A stretch of DNA of 54,990 bases, counting the filler, from Sluysia triapertura (taxonomy: Eukaryota), in NCBI GenBank assembly GCA_046118255.1. It is 4 parts of 4 records of this genome, joined end to end, with 100 filler letters (N's around TTAATTAATTAA, not from the genome) between each part and the next. Parts side by side here need not be neighbours in the genome. Positions count along the whole stretch, not along the records: positions 15,087 to 30,769 come from JBJNIA010221578.1; positions 30,870 to 43,292 come from JBJNIA010111201.1; 2 more parts are not named here. One strand, given 5' to 3'. A program made the position numbers and the translations under genes. Of the stretch, positions 25,459 to 38,810 are shown in pieces. Numbering within the stretch: the stretch's first letter is position 1; each line of letters begins with the position of its first letter. The notes under the pieces were generated by a model that saw only the letters and a program-made list of their open reading frames with translations, ran no database searches and was not told the DNA's origin.

Positions 25459-28400
25459 CCTATAATAATAATATTAATAATGAAATATGATTTTAATGAT
25501 AATGATTTTTAATAATACAATATTGATAATATATATAAAGTAATAACAATAAATAATAGTAATGATTACGATAATAATTATTATCACTTTTACGATAATA
25601 TTAATACTAATAACTACTTGGCGAACTAACATCACTTTTCGAAGATCCATCATTACATCTATCATCATTTTCATTATTTTTATTATTCATATCAATTTTT
25701 GTTTTGATGGATGTGTCTGATATTATTAGACTGATGATTCTTTCTCATTAGTAATAGCGTCATTTATGTCCATTATTAATGTGTTGATGTTCAAGTATAT
25801 CTTTGTTTTGAAAACTTTCTTTTAATATTGTAGTTTTATCTTGATTTGCCTAATTTTCCAACTGTTTCGTCAAATATTTGTTTTTTATTATGCTCATTTT
25901 TTGTTTTATATTGTAATTCCTTTTTATTTTCCATTTTAACTCTGTGCTTCTTTACTGTTTTTTTATTTATTTTTCTGCTACATCTTCGATGTTTTCTTGT
26001 TTACTGTCATTATTATCACTAAAGTAAACTACTAGAAAAGAAATTTATCGTATTTCTCAAAGTATTAAAGGGATTATATAAGGAAAAATAATTTTCCACT
26101 TAGTTTACTAATGAACCCAAAAAATTTACCAAAAGCACCAAAACAAATAAATACATTTTTATATTTATTAATTAAAGTATTACCAATTAATATATTTTAT
26201 AACTTAGATGTAATCTTATTCTTACTTAATAAGGAGGGTCCATCAGTAATCACTTACATCGTCCCAATACTTAATTTAAAAAACTTTATTATTGTTAATT
26301 TAATTAAGCGCTTCTTCCTGACATTTTAATTTTTGTCGAAAATTTTGTTTTATGATTTCCTTATTATTATCGATAATCATTTGCACTTTCCATAATCTTA
26401 TACCGCCCTTTCTGTCCTTAAAGGTATTGCCTCAACTACTATCCTAATCCAACCTATGTTTACCCAATAATAAATTATGCCAACCTTTATTTATATTAAA
26501 TCATATTTTCTACTCAAATCACATTATCGTCTATTTATCGGAGAATTTATTTTTATGATGATGAAGTAAGCTTATTCTTGATAAGAATTTGACATTAATT
26601 CATTTTGCCTTAATATACTACTTTTCATGCAAGAATTAATCCTGGATTAAAATATTTATTAAAATCTATTCATAAATTGATGATACATATATTATTGAAT
26701 TATTCTATTATAATCTATTTGCTTGTCAAAAGTTTTTAATCGTGTGTTTTTGTTAAAGTATTTTAATAAAATAAAAATGTTTTTGTTAATTGTAACATAG
26801 TGAAAAGATTAACATTAGTTTTGAACAAAAGGGCATTGTATTTTTAATAAAAGAGTTGATAATTTTAACATTAAAGATATTAAATTTAATGTTGTATACG
26901 TAAGGATTACATATTTAAGGGAGAAATTAGATTATTGATTAACATATTAAGAGAAAAGTTTGACCCTCATCTTAGCATTCCAAAGATTATGTATTCTTTC
27001 GTAGACTTGACATCACATGCGGATACGTCCTTTTCGTAAGATAAATCGCATTACGCAGGCGGACCCAAACGTATTAATTCTATAATTCTTCTAAACTAAG
27101 CAAAAGTTGAACAGAGTAAACATTTAATGAATTAAGAACTTTTAAATTTAAATATCTTAACATAAAGTAATTAACAATAAAACCACCAAAGTTTATTATC
27201 AAAAAAGATTATAATGAAATATTAGTTAAAGTTTTTAAGCTCGTCTGGGTTTAATCTCCCGAGTTACGTGGTAGCAGTTGTTAAGTATAATTCCTAAAAT
27301 CCTAAAAACGTCTCCAACAGTGGTATAAACTGACTCATCAGATATTTTGTAAGTAGGTTAAGTTCTTTATAAAGACACATCCAGTATTACTCTCCCGCAT
27401 TTTGATTACAAGCATCATTTTTGTACATTTTGGTGAATTTTTGGTTACAGGAATTGTTCACGTAAATTTGGGTATTTGGCCACTCACACTTGATTATTTA
27501 AACTTGTTTCTAATACTGGACAATTAATTGGGATTACGGAACAAAACCAACAAGGTGGTTCGCTACCAATATTAACTATATTATCAACCGATTTTTATGA
27601 ATTATTTTATATTGGGTTTCTATAACTATAATATTAGTTTAAAAATCCGACTTAAAATCAAAGTAGTTTTTTATAGTCAAGAATTATTCCCGACTAAAAA
27701 TCATTTCTAAAGTTGATTAAACTTCAGAGTTAACATTGCATTTATTATTTATAAAAACTCGCATTTATTTCCTAATTTTCATTTGCATTCACTAAATACT
27801 TCGTTGTACTCATTTGACCTTATTTCAGTTAAAGTTTTATATAAAATTTATAACTGTAAAGATAAGCTATATTTAATTATCTAAGAAAAGATTCAAAAAT
27901 GAAACTGAATTTTTTAGCACTTGTACAAGGACCCTCTTTTCGCAGTATATTGACATCCACCTGTAATCATGTCTTACTTAGGGATATTAATCAGTGGATT
28001 AAAGGGGAACCCATAAGTACATTTTAATTATTAATCGTAATTGTTGAATTTAAGCAAAAAAACTCAGTAGTGTTTAGTGGCATGCACACATGGTCACAAT
28101 TATAAATATAATATATACAAGAGAAAAACAAAATAGATTGCCCAATAACTGCCGAATGCTGAACAAAGCCAGTAAATTAAGATTGTATGAAGACTTCAAT
28201 AAATATTATTTCGAATTATTATTGAATCAGATCCTAATTTTATTCACCAACGTGTCATTGATCAAACGCACGTTTTATTCACTGAAATCATATAAATTTA
28301 GATGTAATATAAATATTTTGTAATCCTTATACAAAGACGATAAATAAAAATTTCGTAATATGGCAAATATTAACAAAATCCAATACTCTATCCGTCAAAT

Positions 28401-29027
28401 AGGCAAACATCTAAACTGGAATAAAATAAAGAACATTACATATTCTGTTCAGGAAAAACATTCAAACTTTAAGCTAATACAGAGGATTAAAATGCAATAT
28501 GTTGAAAATGACTTGAAATAGTATACTTTTCTGTTGGCTAAAAGATGGACCACCTTCAAAAGTGATGAAGTCTAATTCGATAGTCGAATAAAGGTATTTT
28601 GTAGCAAAAAATATTTAAAGATCAGCTAAATTATTGTAAAATTAAATTTGATAAGTTTTGTATTTCAACACGATATAGACCTATGCAACAAGTTAATAAT
28701 TGAAATATAAAACGGCGGTTTACAGAAAACTGGCGAACTCATAATTACTGAAAAAGGAAGCAACGATGCTGAAATTAGATATTTACGCAGAATTAGGTAT
28801 TCTTTAGGTTTCCGGAAACACTTATCGAGAAAATTACATTATCTCTATATGCTTTTTAACAACCTTTACTAATCAAAGAAACATTTAATCATTAAGCATT
28901 AATATTTTACAAAAAATAACAGATCGAAAAATTAATAGCAAATCAAACAAAATGAATATTCGATTAAAAGACGAAACTAACACAGTAAATCACAGAAAGC
29001 TTCGAGATATAATGTATTTTAATATTA

Positions 29028-29837
29028 CTAGACCCACGGATAATTCAATTGTTTAAAATATAAAAATATATCAAACCTGAAAATTTGTAATAATTTATTT
29101 TCATCTGATCTTCTATCTTCTGCCAATAAAATGTCTTTTAGCGTAGGCCGCCTTTTCATATGCCTTCTGTTTTTACTTTGTACAACGTAATTTCGTTTCA
29201 TTTGTACTTCCATTGTTGCAGATATCGGAATATTAAACTTGTTTACTCGTTTTTTGTAACGCTGTAAACGGCTTATTTGAGAAAATTTCGGTAATCCATA
29301 AAAACTGTTAAATTTGATTTGGCAATCATCCTCTTCTTCTGAGCCATATGCACAATTTAAACCCAAAATGTCGTTATCTTTGGAAGATTTTTTACATTTA
29401 AAAAATGCCATCATTGGATCTAAAGTTTTTTTCTTATATGCTTAGCTATAAAATAATAAAACAAACTGTTTCCTTATTTTTTTTTCTTGGAAAATGTTTT
29501 CGCCTTTCTTCAAAATAAGCCTCATCATCCAATTCATCTAACTTATTTTCGTGAATAACTCTAATGTGATTATCCATCAAAATCAATGAACCTTTAAATG
29601 AACAATTAGGATAATGACACTTAATCATAGATAAAACATAGGTTTAAAAATTACCAATACAGTTATTGAATTATCAATCAAACAACCTTCATCACCATTC
29701 AAAAGTTCGTAATTTTCTTCATCTACATATTGTGGAAACCTATCTGAATTGGAACGATCCAAGTACAAAAGATTCTTTATTTCATCTTGGCGATTAATAC
29801 ATTTTTTATTAAATAATTCAATGGATTTTGAATACAT
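29028..29837 (-). CDS. NUFIP1: NUFIP1/Rsa1-like box C/D snoRNP assembly factor, about 3 exons
   Basis: C2H2 finger CHYPNCSF...HIRVIH, then EERRKHFP (NUFIP1 PEP motif) and C-terminal RRPTLKDILLAEDRRSDENKLLQIFRF. A 35 nt GT-AG intron at 29654-29620 joins frames; second intron boundary near 29465-29441 unresolved. Confidence 0.85.
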
Positions 29838-30869
29838 GTTTGAAATATAAATTAGAAATTATTTAAACAATATCGTATTATTTAATTTCTTTAGATATAT
29901 TTTCCATAATTTAAAAATACTTCACAAATTTTTAAAATTTAATTTATTTTAAAGACGGTTAAATAATAATATATTAATTTATGTTGCGCTAATATCTACT
30001 ACAAAAACATTACTTAAAAACGATTAAGAAATACATGTTTCGCTATAATTATATTATCATTTTATAAATTTCACAATCACCCATTTTCTGTTAGTTGGTT
30101 GTAAATTATTATCGCTGTTAAAAGGGATGTTAATAAGTAATATTTTATTTTGATCCTATAACAAAGTAGACACATAAGACATTAAGTACATTAGCGGAGA
30201 AAGGGCCTATCTCTTAACATAAACCTTTACACAAATATAAAAACAAAAAAGGATGTTTCCAAAATAAACTAAATAAATTTCACGTTATAACAATATTTTA
30301 AATTTAAAAATATTTCCAAAATTTTTGATTTATGAAATAATTAAATCAATGTTCTTATTTTCCATTACATAATTCATGTCTAAACATATTACAACTGATG
30401 CTTTTATACTTTCTCATTATTCAACCACTTTTGAGTTTTATAATCCTACATATTCCTACACAAATAATTTGAATATCCTTTGAGTTTCACCGACAATAAC
30501 ACCACTGAAAATTACATGGCATTATTTGTCAAACTTCAATGATCACAAAACACAAAAATTTGATTAAGGTTTAACCATTATATTACAATACTTTTCTTAA
30601 TCCATTTTTACTTAAAGTACCTTTCATATTACTATTGACACAAACTTCAGCTTTAGAATTAGTTGATTTTCAAACAAACTATTTCATAAATATTTGACAT
30701 TCTTTCTAAATGCTCCTCTTTCAAAGTTATCATTTCTAATTAGTAAATTTAATGTAAACGACGCATATANNNNNNNNNNNNNNNNNNNNNNNNNNNNNNN
30801 NNNNNNNNNNNNNTTAATTAATTAANNNNNNNNNNNNNNNNNNNNNNNNNNNNNNNNNNNNNNNNNNNN

Positions 30870-31075
30870 TGATTAATTATTAATTGTAATTTTTTCACTT
30901 TTCTATCTGAAATTGAGTACAACAAACCATTGTTAAAATCTATGTTCCTAGTTATCAATGAGTGAACAATAAGTTTAGCTGTTTCTTTATTAATAAATTT
31001 TCGAATATGTGACATTATATTTAATTGATATTTACACTTTTTAACAATTCTGTGTTGATTTTTGAATCCATACAA
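30870..31075 (-). mobile_element. LINE (CR1/L2-like) ORF2 C-terminal RT fragment
   Basis: KCKYQLNIMSHIRKFINKETAKLIVHSLITRNIDFNNGLLYSI...KKLQ resembles 'IRxFLTxExAKxLVHALIxSRLDYCNSLL...KLQ'. Confidence 0.75.
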
Positions 31076-31630
31076 TTTAATTTTATGTTGAGTTTGGGTT
31101 AACTTTAAAACCCCGATTGGGAAAATAATAATAAAATTAAAAATATTGAATAATTACAAAAATTAATACTTTAAAAAATAAAATTACTTACAAGAGTAAG
31201 CAGCATAATTATATGAAAAAATTAAATTAATTATTATACTTGAAGCTGACACATTAATTCATTTTTAATTGGAAATAAATTATTGTAAAAGCTGACGCAT
31301 TGTTAGTAGCAATCACAGACTTATAATATATTTTCAACTAACTTTAATTTCAGTTAGGCAAAACTGATCTATTTTCTTTGTGAAAAAACGACGCCATCTT
31401 GTTTTTTTGTATAAAATATTTCATTAATTGTTTTATAGTAAATTTAATATTTATTTAAGGTCGTTCATATTGCTAACATTATGATTCACTTAAGTTATTT
31501 ATTTATTTACATACTGAGATTTAAAATAGTTCAAAAATCTCGATTTGACGATTAGGGTCTTTTGAGTTTAATTCTACAATCGTATTTCTACATTTCTTTT
31601 TCTGTTATTGCAGAATTTTATTCATATTAT

Positions 31631-31770
31631 TGTTAGACTTCCTAAAATGGACTGACCAGAGATCTGCGCAGTCGATGCTCTACCACTGAGCTATCAGCCC
31701 CGTCTAACAATTTCATTTAATATATTCAATTATACTACTTGGCACTTTTTAGGCCTTTTACCCCAACATT
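31631..31770 (-). repeat. tRNA-containing repeat copy (internally deleted module plus upstream spacer)
   Basis: Reverse complement TGTTAGACGGGGCTGATAGCTCAGTGGTAGAGCATCGACTGCGCAG...TGGTCAGTCCATTTTAGGAAGTCTAACA; perfect terminal inverted repeat at 31631-31709. Confidence 0.85.
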
Positions 31771-32067
31771 ATTTTACGAATTCTACTGTAAAATTATTTT
31801 CTTCTAAATTTATTTAAAATATTAATTAAAATATTAATTTTCTGAATAACTTAACAGATGTTTTAATGTATATAAAATTTCCGATAACAAATTGAAGAAT
31901 AGGAGACCTCCACTAATAAATTAAGATGAAAAGACTTTCAACGTAAAATTTTAAATTATTTAACTAGTTAACATGAGACTGAATACATACTTGATAAAGG
32001 TAAGAATTAGACCCTCGATTAAACGTAAAACCAATTAACGAATTAATCTACGTAGGGTAGGAGATTG

Positions 32068-32068
32068 A

Positions 32069-32114
<46 letters not shown>
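32068..32114. repeat. (TAT)n microsatellite
   Basis: Directly visible. Confidence 0.9.
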
Positions 32115-35100
32115 CTTTTTTAATATTATTTTTATTTTATTATTAAAATTATTATTATATTTACAATTTATTATTATTAAATGTTCTTATTATTAAATTA
32201 TTTATTCAAGACCTTAGTCTTATGACCTTCACAATCTTAGCACAATGAATTAACAAAACACAATATTCAACATAACACGTAAAACATTAATGCCACATTT
32301 AACAAAATAAATATAATAAAAAAGTGGGTCATCTAACTGGAATAGTAATAATAAAAATATCACTATACAATTTAATCAATTGCTGAAGATAAAGCTTTGA
32401 ATATTTAAAAAAATTCAATCGCTTCTATTTAGTTAGATAATTGCTGAAAAGATTAAAAATTGGAAAGAAGAAGTAATTATTTTGTGCAATCTGTTCTTTT
32501 GAGTCGCTTAAGATTAAATTTCGATGATAATTTATCATTTCCGAGCAATTATACAAAGATAATGGGAATTGACATAACAAAATCAATATTTAATAATGAT
32601 TATCATAATAAATGTTTGTTGTTTAAATAATACGTCAACTTAAATTAAACATAAAATCACGATATTAAATTAAATACAAAATTTCTTTTCTACAATAATA
32701 ATTTTTAATGCAATACGTCATGCATTAAGAGTATATTACATATATTGAGATTTTGTATTGATGGATTTACTGACAAAACCTTTATCACAGGTGGAAAATA
32801 CATAAATTTATCATTCATTTGCCAGGTCATTTAAATAAATGCTTAAGAATAGATCTGAAATTTAGATTATTTTGTGCATATAATTATACTAATTCGTAAT
32901 ATATGCACGTAGAATAATTGATTCATTATTAAAAACTTAATATATTGTAAACTAATTGTATATATTTACTTATCCTTTTGATAACGGTTTTATTAATAAA
33001 GATTTTCATGTATGTGGTTATTTTTAACATTTCCAATTACAAATTTAATTTGTTTTTTTGCAATTTTTTAAAATGCTGTTGAAACAAATATAATAATTGT
33101 TTGCGTGTATTTTAATGTATTCTTATTTCTACATATTTAGTAGCCAAATCAATATTCTTCAAGGTGCTGTAGTTTTTCTAACACTTAACCTACGTCAAAA
33201 TATTTTTGAACAGGCTTCAGCTCCAGTATTAAACGCCTTACAACGTATCGTTGACGTCTATGCAACTAAAAAGTTAATAAGTACCTCGTAAGTGATAACA
33301 CTATTTAACAAATATAATGATGAAGTGTCTAATACTCATTAAGTAAGGACTCAACTTATCATATAACAAATAAATCCACAATTTCTATTAAAAAATCAAA
33401 TAATACAAAATTGACTACAAGATCGAAAATTAAATTGAGCAATTTTTCGTTGAAGTTAAAATTATTAATTAGTATTTAACTTATAAGTAAATGATATTTT
33501 TCCTGTATTTTACTCCTCAATATTTCGGGAAAACCTGACACTTTATTAAAAATTTTGGATTGTTATTATTGTCGGATTAATTCTCAAAGAATGTTGCAGT
33601 GATTTGTGTGAGAGAATGTTTAATCAAAAATGTGGGAATGAGTGGATGATAAGAAAATATAAAAAGGAATACCAAAAAATTTTACCTCACAACGATTAAT
33701 AATGCAAATGAGAAAAATCCACGCTTTAAGTAAGTTTTGAATTTTTTTTATAATTAAAAATATTATTTTTGGGAGATTTTATTAAAACAGTTTTTGCTTT
33801 GTGTTGTTTTTGGAAATTTATATTTGATTATTATTAAGAAATAATCGTGCATAATAATTAATATCTTTCTTATTGTTTGTTGCGTCACTCCTGGTTTCTT
33901 TAGATAGATTGTTATATCCTTAGTACTATTATAAGCGTTATTGTTAATCTTATTATTTTAGTCATTTTTTGTATTGTTTGGATATTTATAATAATAATTG
34001 GTATTTGATTTTTGCTTAACCAGTAAATTATTTGTTGTTATTGATTTGATTTTAAAAAGCTTAATTTTGGGGTGAATGATTATTATTATCAAAGTAAGAG
34101 AATTACTGAAAAATTATATTTGATATAGTAACTACTTAGATTATTGATATTTTATTAAAGTCAATTAAATTGATATTGATTTGGCGTAATTAATAATTTT
34201 CAAAGACGCAACACTCCAAAAAAATATTAATTGGATGTTTGTGTAGCTAATTCATTTTGTGACAAAATAATTAACCTGTTAATAATGATGATAATGTTGC
34301 ATTGAACAAATTTTGTTAATTAAAATTTTATGTAATCATTATTATTATTATTAACATCATTATTATTAAAAAAATTAATAATTTTTTATCAAGTTTTTCA
34401 TCATAAATCATATTAAGTGTTAGAAAACACTGCCAATATCGATTGAAGTAGTACGTAAAATTTTTGTGCGTAAAGAACATTGTCTTTTTCTTAAATATTT
34501 CATAATCTTCCAGTAATTTAACATTCTCTGATAACTGGGTTGTATATTTTTGAAACATAAACGGTATACAACCTATTACCTAGCTTGTTATCACTGTGGA
34601 TTCTGTTTAGATTAATTGTATCAATGAAATACTCATCTTGGTTTCCAAATTTTTTATTATTTCTAAAAGATATTCAGGACTTGTAAGTACTTGTAAATTA
34701 TTGTTATGATCTTACATATCATATGATTAGAGTTGAATGGTTTGAGACCAAACTGTTTAGTAAGGTTTGTAACAAAGAATATATAAAGGAATATTCGATT
34801 ATCTAAAAATGTATACTTACAAGGTGAGTTTGATGGATTAAATTGTAATTTAAAATAAGTGAAATTTTGTTATATATTTTATGAATTATGAGGTGATTGC
34901 ATGATGAAGTGAGCCAACAAATGTTCGTTGTGCGTTTGATAGAACTGAACTTAATAGTTTTAAATGAATTAATTAAATAAATAATAATTTTATCAAATTA
35001 TAATTATTAATTATTTAAAAATACTATTGAGGTTACAAAAGAAAAGATTTAAGCTACACGTTTTAAGTCTGCCAAAATTTAGGAATTAATTTAGCAATAT

Positions 35101-35630
35101 TAATTTAGTAAAACAAATATTGACTTCTCCATTATATTCCAATGATAAAAGTGACTTAAGAATTAATTATTAAGTAAAAAAATTGCTACCTATTAAATAA
35201 AAATTACTTTGATACTGCAGATTATAACTAAGTTGTAACATTTAGGCGTATTTAAAACACATAAATAGAATTGTTTTTTGTTAATGTATTTATGACTAAT
35301 CACATATTTACCCACGTATCGTTAATTTAGTATCGGATAGCACTATCGATTTGTACTTGAATTAATTAGTTTATTGTAGAATTAATTAAGTTGTTCATAT
35401 TAGCATAAACTGTACAAAAATAAAATAATAAGCATTTAGATTTAATTTTCTTAAATTAAAATTTTCATAATTTGAAATAATCAAATAAATCTTTGGTAAT
35501 TTAAAATAAATCTCGAAGTAAATAGTTTGAATTATGCATAATAATGATTATTATAATTATTGTGTCATAGGGACGACGCGTTTGTCGTATTAGTAAAGAA
35601 ATTATTGTAACAAAAAAATAATACTAATTC

Positions 35631-35696
<66 letters not shown>
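35631..35696. repeat. (AAT)n microsatellite
   Basis: Directly visible. Confidence 0.95.
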
Positions 35697-35697
<1 letters not shown>

Positions 35698-35719
35698 CGG
35701 AAGGTTCTAATTTAAAAGA

Positions 35720-36430
35720 TACCTACTTAGCAAAATAAATAAGAACTGGAGATGAGTCTGGCTAATTAGATACGATTTATGCCTCTACTGGACGACTTAA
35801 TTAATTAGACTTAATTAGAACTAACTGGTAGTGTCGTTAAAATAGTGAAAATTAACAACCTTATTTAAACGTTAAGACAACCTTCATATGGTTTGTCAAT
35901 GATTAATTAGATTTTATAAATTAAGACAGCCTTTTTACCTTTTGTCAAGGTTTCAATGATTTTAAATGTTACGGTCTGATTAAAATTGATGAGGATTTTA
36001 AATAAAGTAACTGTATTACCAAAAAATTTATTCACAACAGGTAACAAACTTACAAAATATCAGTACAAATTTTATAGATGAAGCAAGGATATAATAATAA
36101 TATTTTAAAATCTTAAGATGTATAATCTTAGACTATCAGATTTTAATTCAAATTTAAGACAGCCTTCTTACGGTGTGTCAATGATTTAATAAGTTTAAGT
36201 CAGATTTTGGTCCTATTAGTTAAAATTAGGATGTTCACAACTTATAAAGGAAGAATTACTTTTCATGGATAACAATAGTTTTGAATTTCTTTCAGAATGT
36301 CTTGATATATCTTCTTTCTCTACGACTTTAATTCTTTTCCCAGGAATTTGTGTTTATATTTTCTTTCTGTCAAATGTTAATTTATTCTGTATTCATACTT
36401 ACTTTGTGTTCGCCATATTCATTATAAAAT
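35720..36430. repeat. Hairpin-array element, locus A
   Basis: CTGGAGATGAGTCTGG...CTGGACGAC motif (35746-35796), then hairpins at 35876-35897, 35925-35946, 36158-36179. Confidence 0.6.
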
Positions 36431-36797
36431 TTTAAAATAATTGGTTTAAACACATTTTTATTTGGATTTGAAGTAATTTTATCGGGATTTAATATTTTTT
36501 AATAATTTATTTTTTTATAATAACAATAGTATTTACAATTAAAATATAAAATATGATATATACAAAAATACCTGATTAAATAAATCAAAATCATAATTGA
36601 TAAAATGATTAATATAAATCAATCAATTATATCAAAATATTAAATAATATCAATCCAATTTCAAAGTTAAATAATTTTCCAAAATAGTTAGTAAACATTT
36701 TTCCACTATAACAATTCTAATAATTAAAAATTTTATCAAAATTTTTTCGAGATGCCTTGAAAAATTATTATATCATTAAAATATACATGATTACATC

Positions 36798-37199
36798 CCG
36801 TCAAGAGTCATTGGAACAACCCTTAATCAAAATGTCACTTTCTTCCATTCATTCAGTTCATCGCCACAGGTAAAAATTGTTTTGTGCTTGTCTTTCTGAA
36901 TTTCAAATTCTCAATACCCACTCTGTAAATCAAGAAACGTGAAGAATGTGGTGTACTACTTTATTCAACGTTTCCTGCATTCTTGGTAATGGAAATACGT
37001 CCTTTCTAGTTATATTCAAATAGGCATCAACTACTTTTCTCTTTAAATGAAACGGATGACGTTAAGATTAAGCTTCCTCATTCCAATCATAAACATTTGC
37101 ATAAAGCTGGAACTGATTCACAAAATTTGATAAAACTTCTGGATTACCATCAAGTGATTCCAGCTGGAGGACAAAAAATCTTATTGACTCAATATTCAT
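36798..37199 (-). mobile_element. Deleted Gypsy copy: gag N-terminus joined to an RT fragment
   Basis: MNIESIRFFVLQLESLDGNPEVLSNFVNQFQLYANVYDWNEEA...PFHLKRKVVDAY (retrotransposon gag-like), then NITRKDVFPLPRMQETL...FLDLQSGY*EFEI..KDKHKTIFTCGDELNE, closely matching the RT at 20025-20230. Confidence 0.8.
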
Positions 37200-38159
37200 T
37201 TTTTTCTTTGTAGGTATTGAAATATAATGTTAAAGTTGAAATTATAAACTTATTTTTTGGCTAAAATTAACAATAAATCCATAATTAAATTAGCATGAAA
37301 TTTCAATATACTTTCAATAATCACAAAACTTATATTAATTATTATTTAATCACAATATACTCTTAATAATTACGTATTCCCAGTGATAAACCAATGTCTT
37401 TACACAATCAATTATCAAAAATACAATATTCAAAATCTAGGGGTAACGAAATTCGCAAAACATTAATATTCGTATTTAATAAATCAAATATAACGAAAAT
37501 ATGAATTAATTAATAACAATAAAAAACAACAATAATAATATCACTTACAAAGTTTAATCAAGCCTCAGTCACAATGCTTGTCACAAACGCATTAAAGCAG
37601 CTTACATGTGGGAAGAGAATTTTTTTCTTTTTCCATTAACTTATCGAGCTATTTATGTCTGAATATTTGACAAAAATACGATCACTTATATAATAGTTGG
37701 ATAATTTCTGAGATGATTCAAAATTGGAATATCGAAGCAATTACTTTGTGAAATTACTTATTATTTTTATAATTTTAATAATTAAATTTCGACTTCTAAT
37801 TTATTATCATCCAGCAATTATGCAAACATTGTGGGTAATTTATGACAAACAATTACCTTATCTTATTAACATACTAAAATCAATACTTAACAAGATTAAT
37901 ATAATAATGTTTACTGTTTAAATAATATATTAACTTAAATTAAAGATACAATGAATTAAACACAAAATTTTTTTTCGTAGGAATTTTTAACATAACACAT
38001 AATCCATTAACCGTACCTTGCGCGTCCATTTCAATAACCTGTCTGAATTGGTGTCTTAAGGAGCATTAATTTGAGATATACTTTGATAAGCATGAGCATT
38101 AAAACATATATAAATATAGCTTTACATTATAAAAAATTAATAATAATAAATACTTTTTG

Positions 38160-38810
38160 TCTAAGCCTACAATGCAAATAGAATTCTGGAGTGAGTCCAC
38201 CTAACAGAAACGGCTTAAGTCTGGACGACGGCGGTCTATTAGGCTTTTAAGAGAAAGCTAAAAATAGTCACGAACAGACTATTAAACTGTATCTCAATAA
38301 TAGATAACTATTCTTTATATTTTAGATGATTTTAAATTAGCCTTTTACGGTCTAATTTGGGAAAACTCTATGAAATATTTTATGATTTTGAACTAGCCTT
38401 ATTACGGTCTAGCAATGAGAGTTGATTTTAGCTTCTATAATATATAACCTCAAATAACCACCTATAAGGTATATTCTCTAAAACAAAAATCTTTCTTGCA
38501 CAAAGTACAAAATAAGATAAATATAACATTATGTATTTTAATACTTAAATCTAAATTATTAGATTTAATATATAAAGTTTAATAAAATGTTAACTTATCC
38601 TTTTTACGGTCTAAGTTAAGAAATTAATCAAGATTTTATGTGGATTTTACTTCTCCCAGTTACGGTGAGAAGGCAAATTTAATATAAAAAATCTTACTTT
38701 ACTCATGGAAACTGATAGATGATTGAATATTTTCTTAGCTAATGACTTCTGAAAATTCCGCTAACACCGCCTGGTTTTTATTTATAATTTTCAGCAGCCA
38801 TGTTGCTTGT
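38160..38810. repeat. Hairpin-array element, locus B
   Basis: CTGGAGTGAGTCCA...TGGACGAC motif (38186-38229), then hairpins at 38334-38358, 38393-38412, 38591-38618, 38650-38672. Confidence 0.65.

Larger units (their letters stand above)
15685..25460 (+). mobile_element. Decayed large enveloped Ty3/Gypsy-type retroelement (5'-truncated; no LTR or gag seen in this copy)
   Basis: Continuous same-strand A-rich coding composition: accessory/Bcl-2-like ORF, env, PR-RT-RH-IN, second PR, accessory ORFs; many stops and frameshifts. Boundaries approximate. Confidence 0.85.

Noticed and set aside
27960-28870. Possible decayed coding/TE region
   Set aside because: Coding-like composition but no motif I could support.
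38186-38229. Canonical hammerhead ribozyme
   Set aside because: The core reads CTGGAGTGA...GAC rather than CTGANGA...GAAA, and stems I and III were not found.
38334-38672. CRISPR-like array
   Set aside because: Eukaryotic context, non-identical repeats, irregular spacing, no cas genes.
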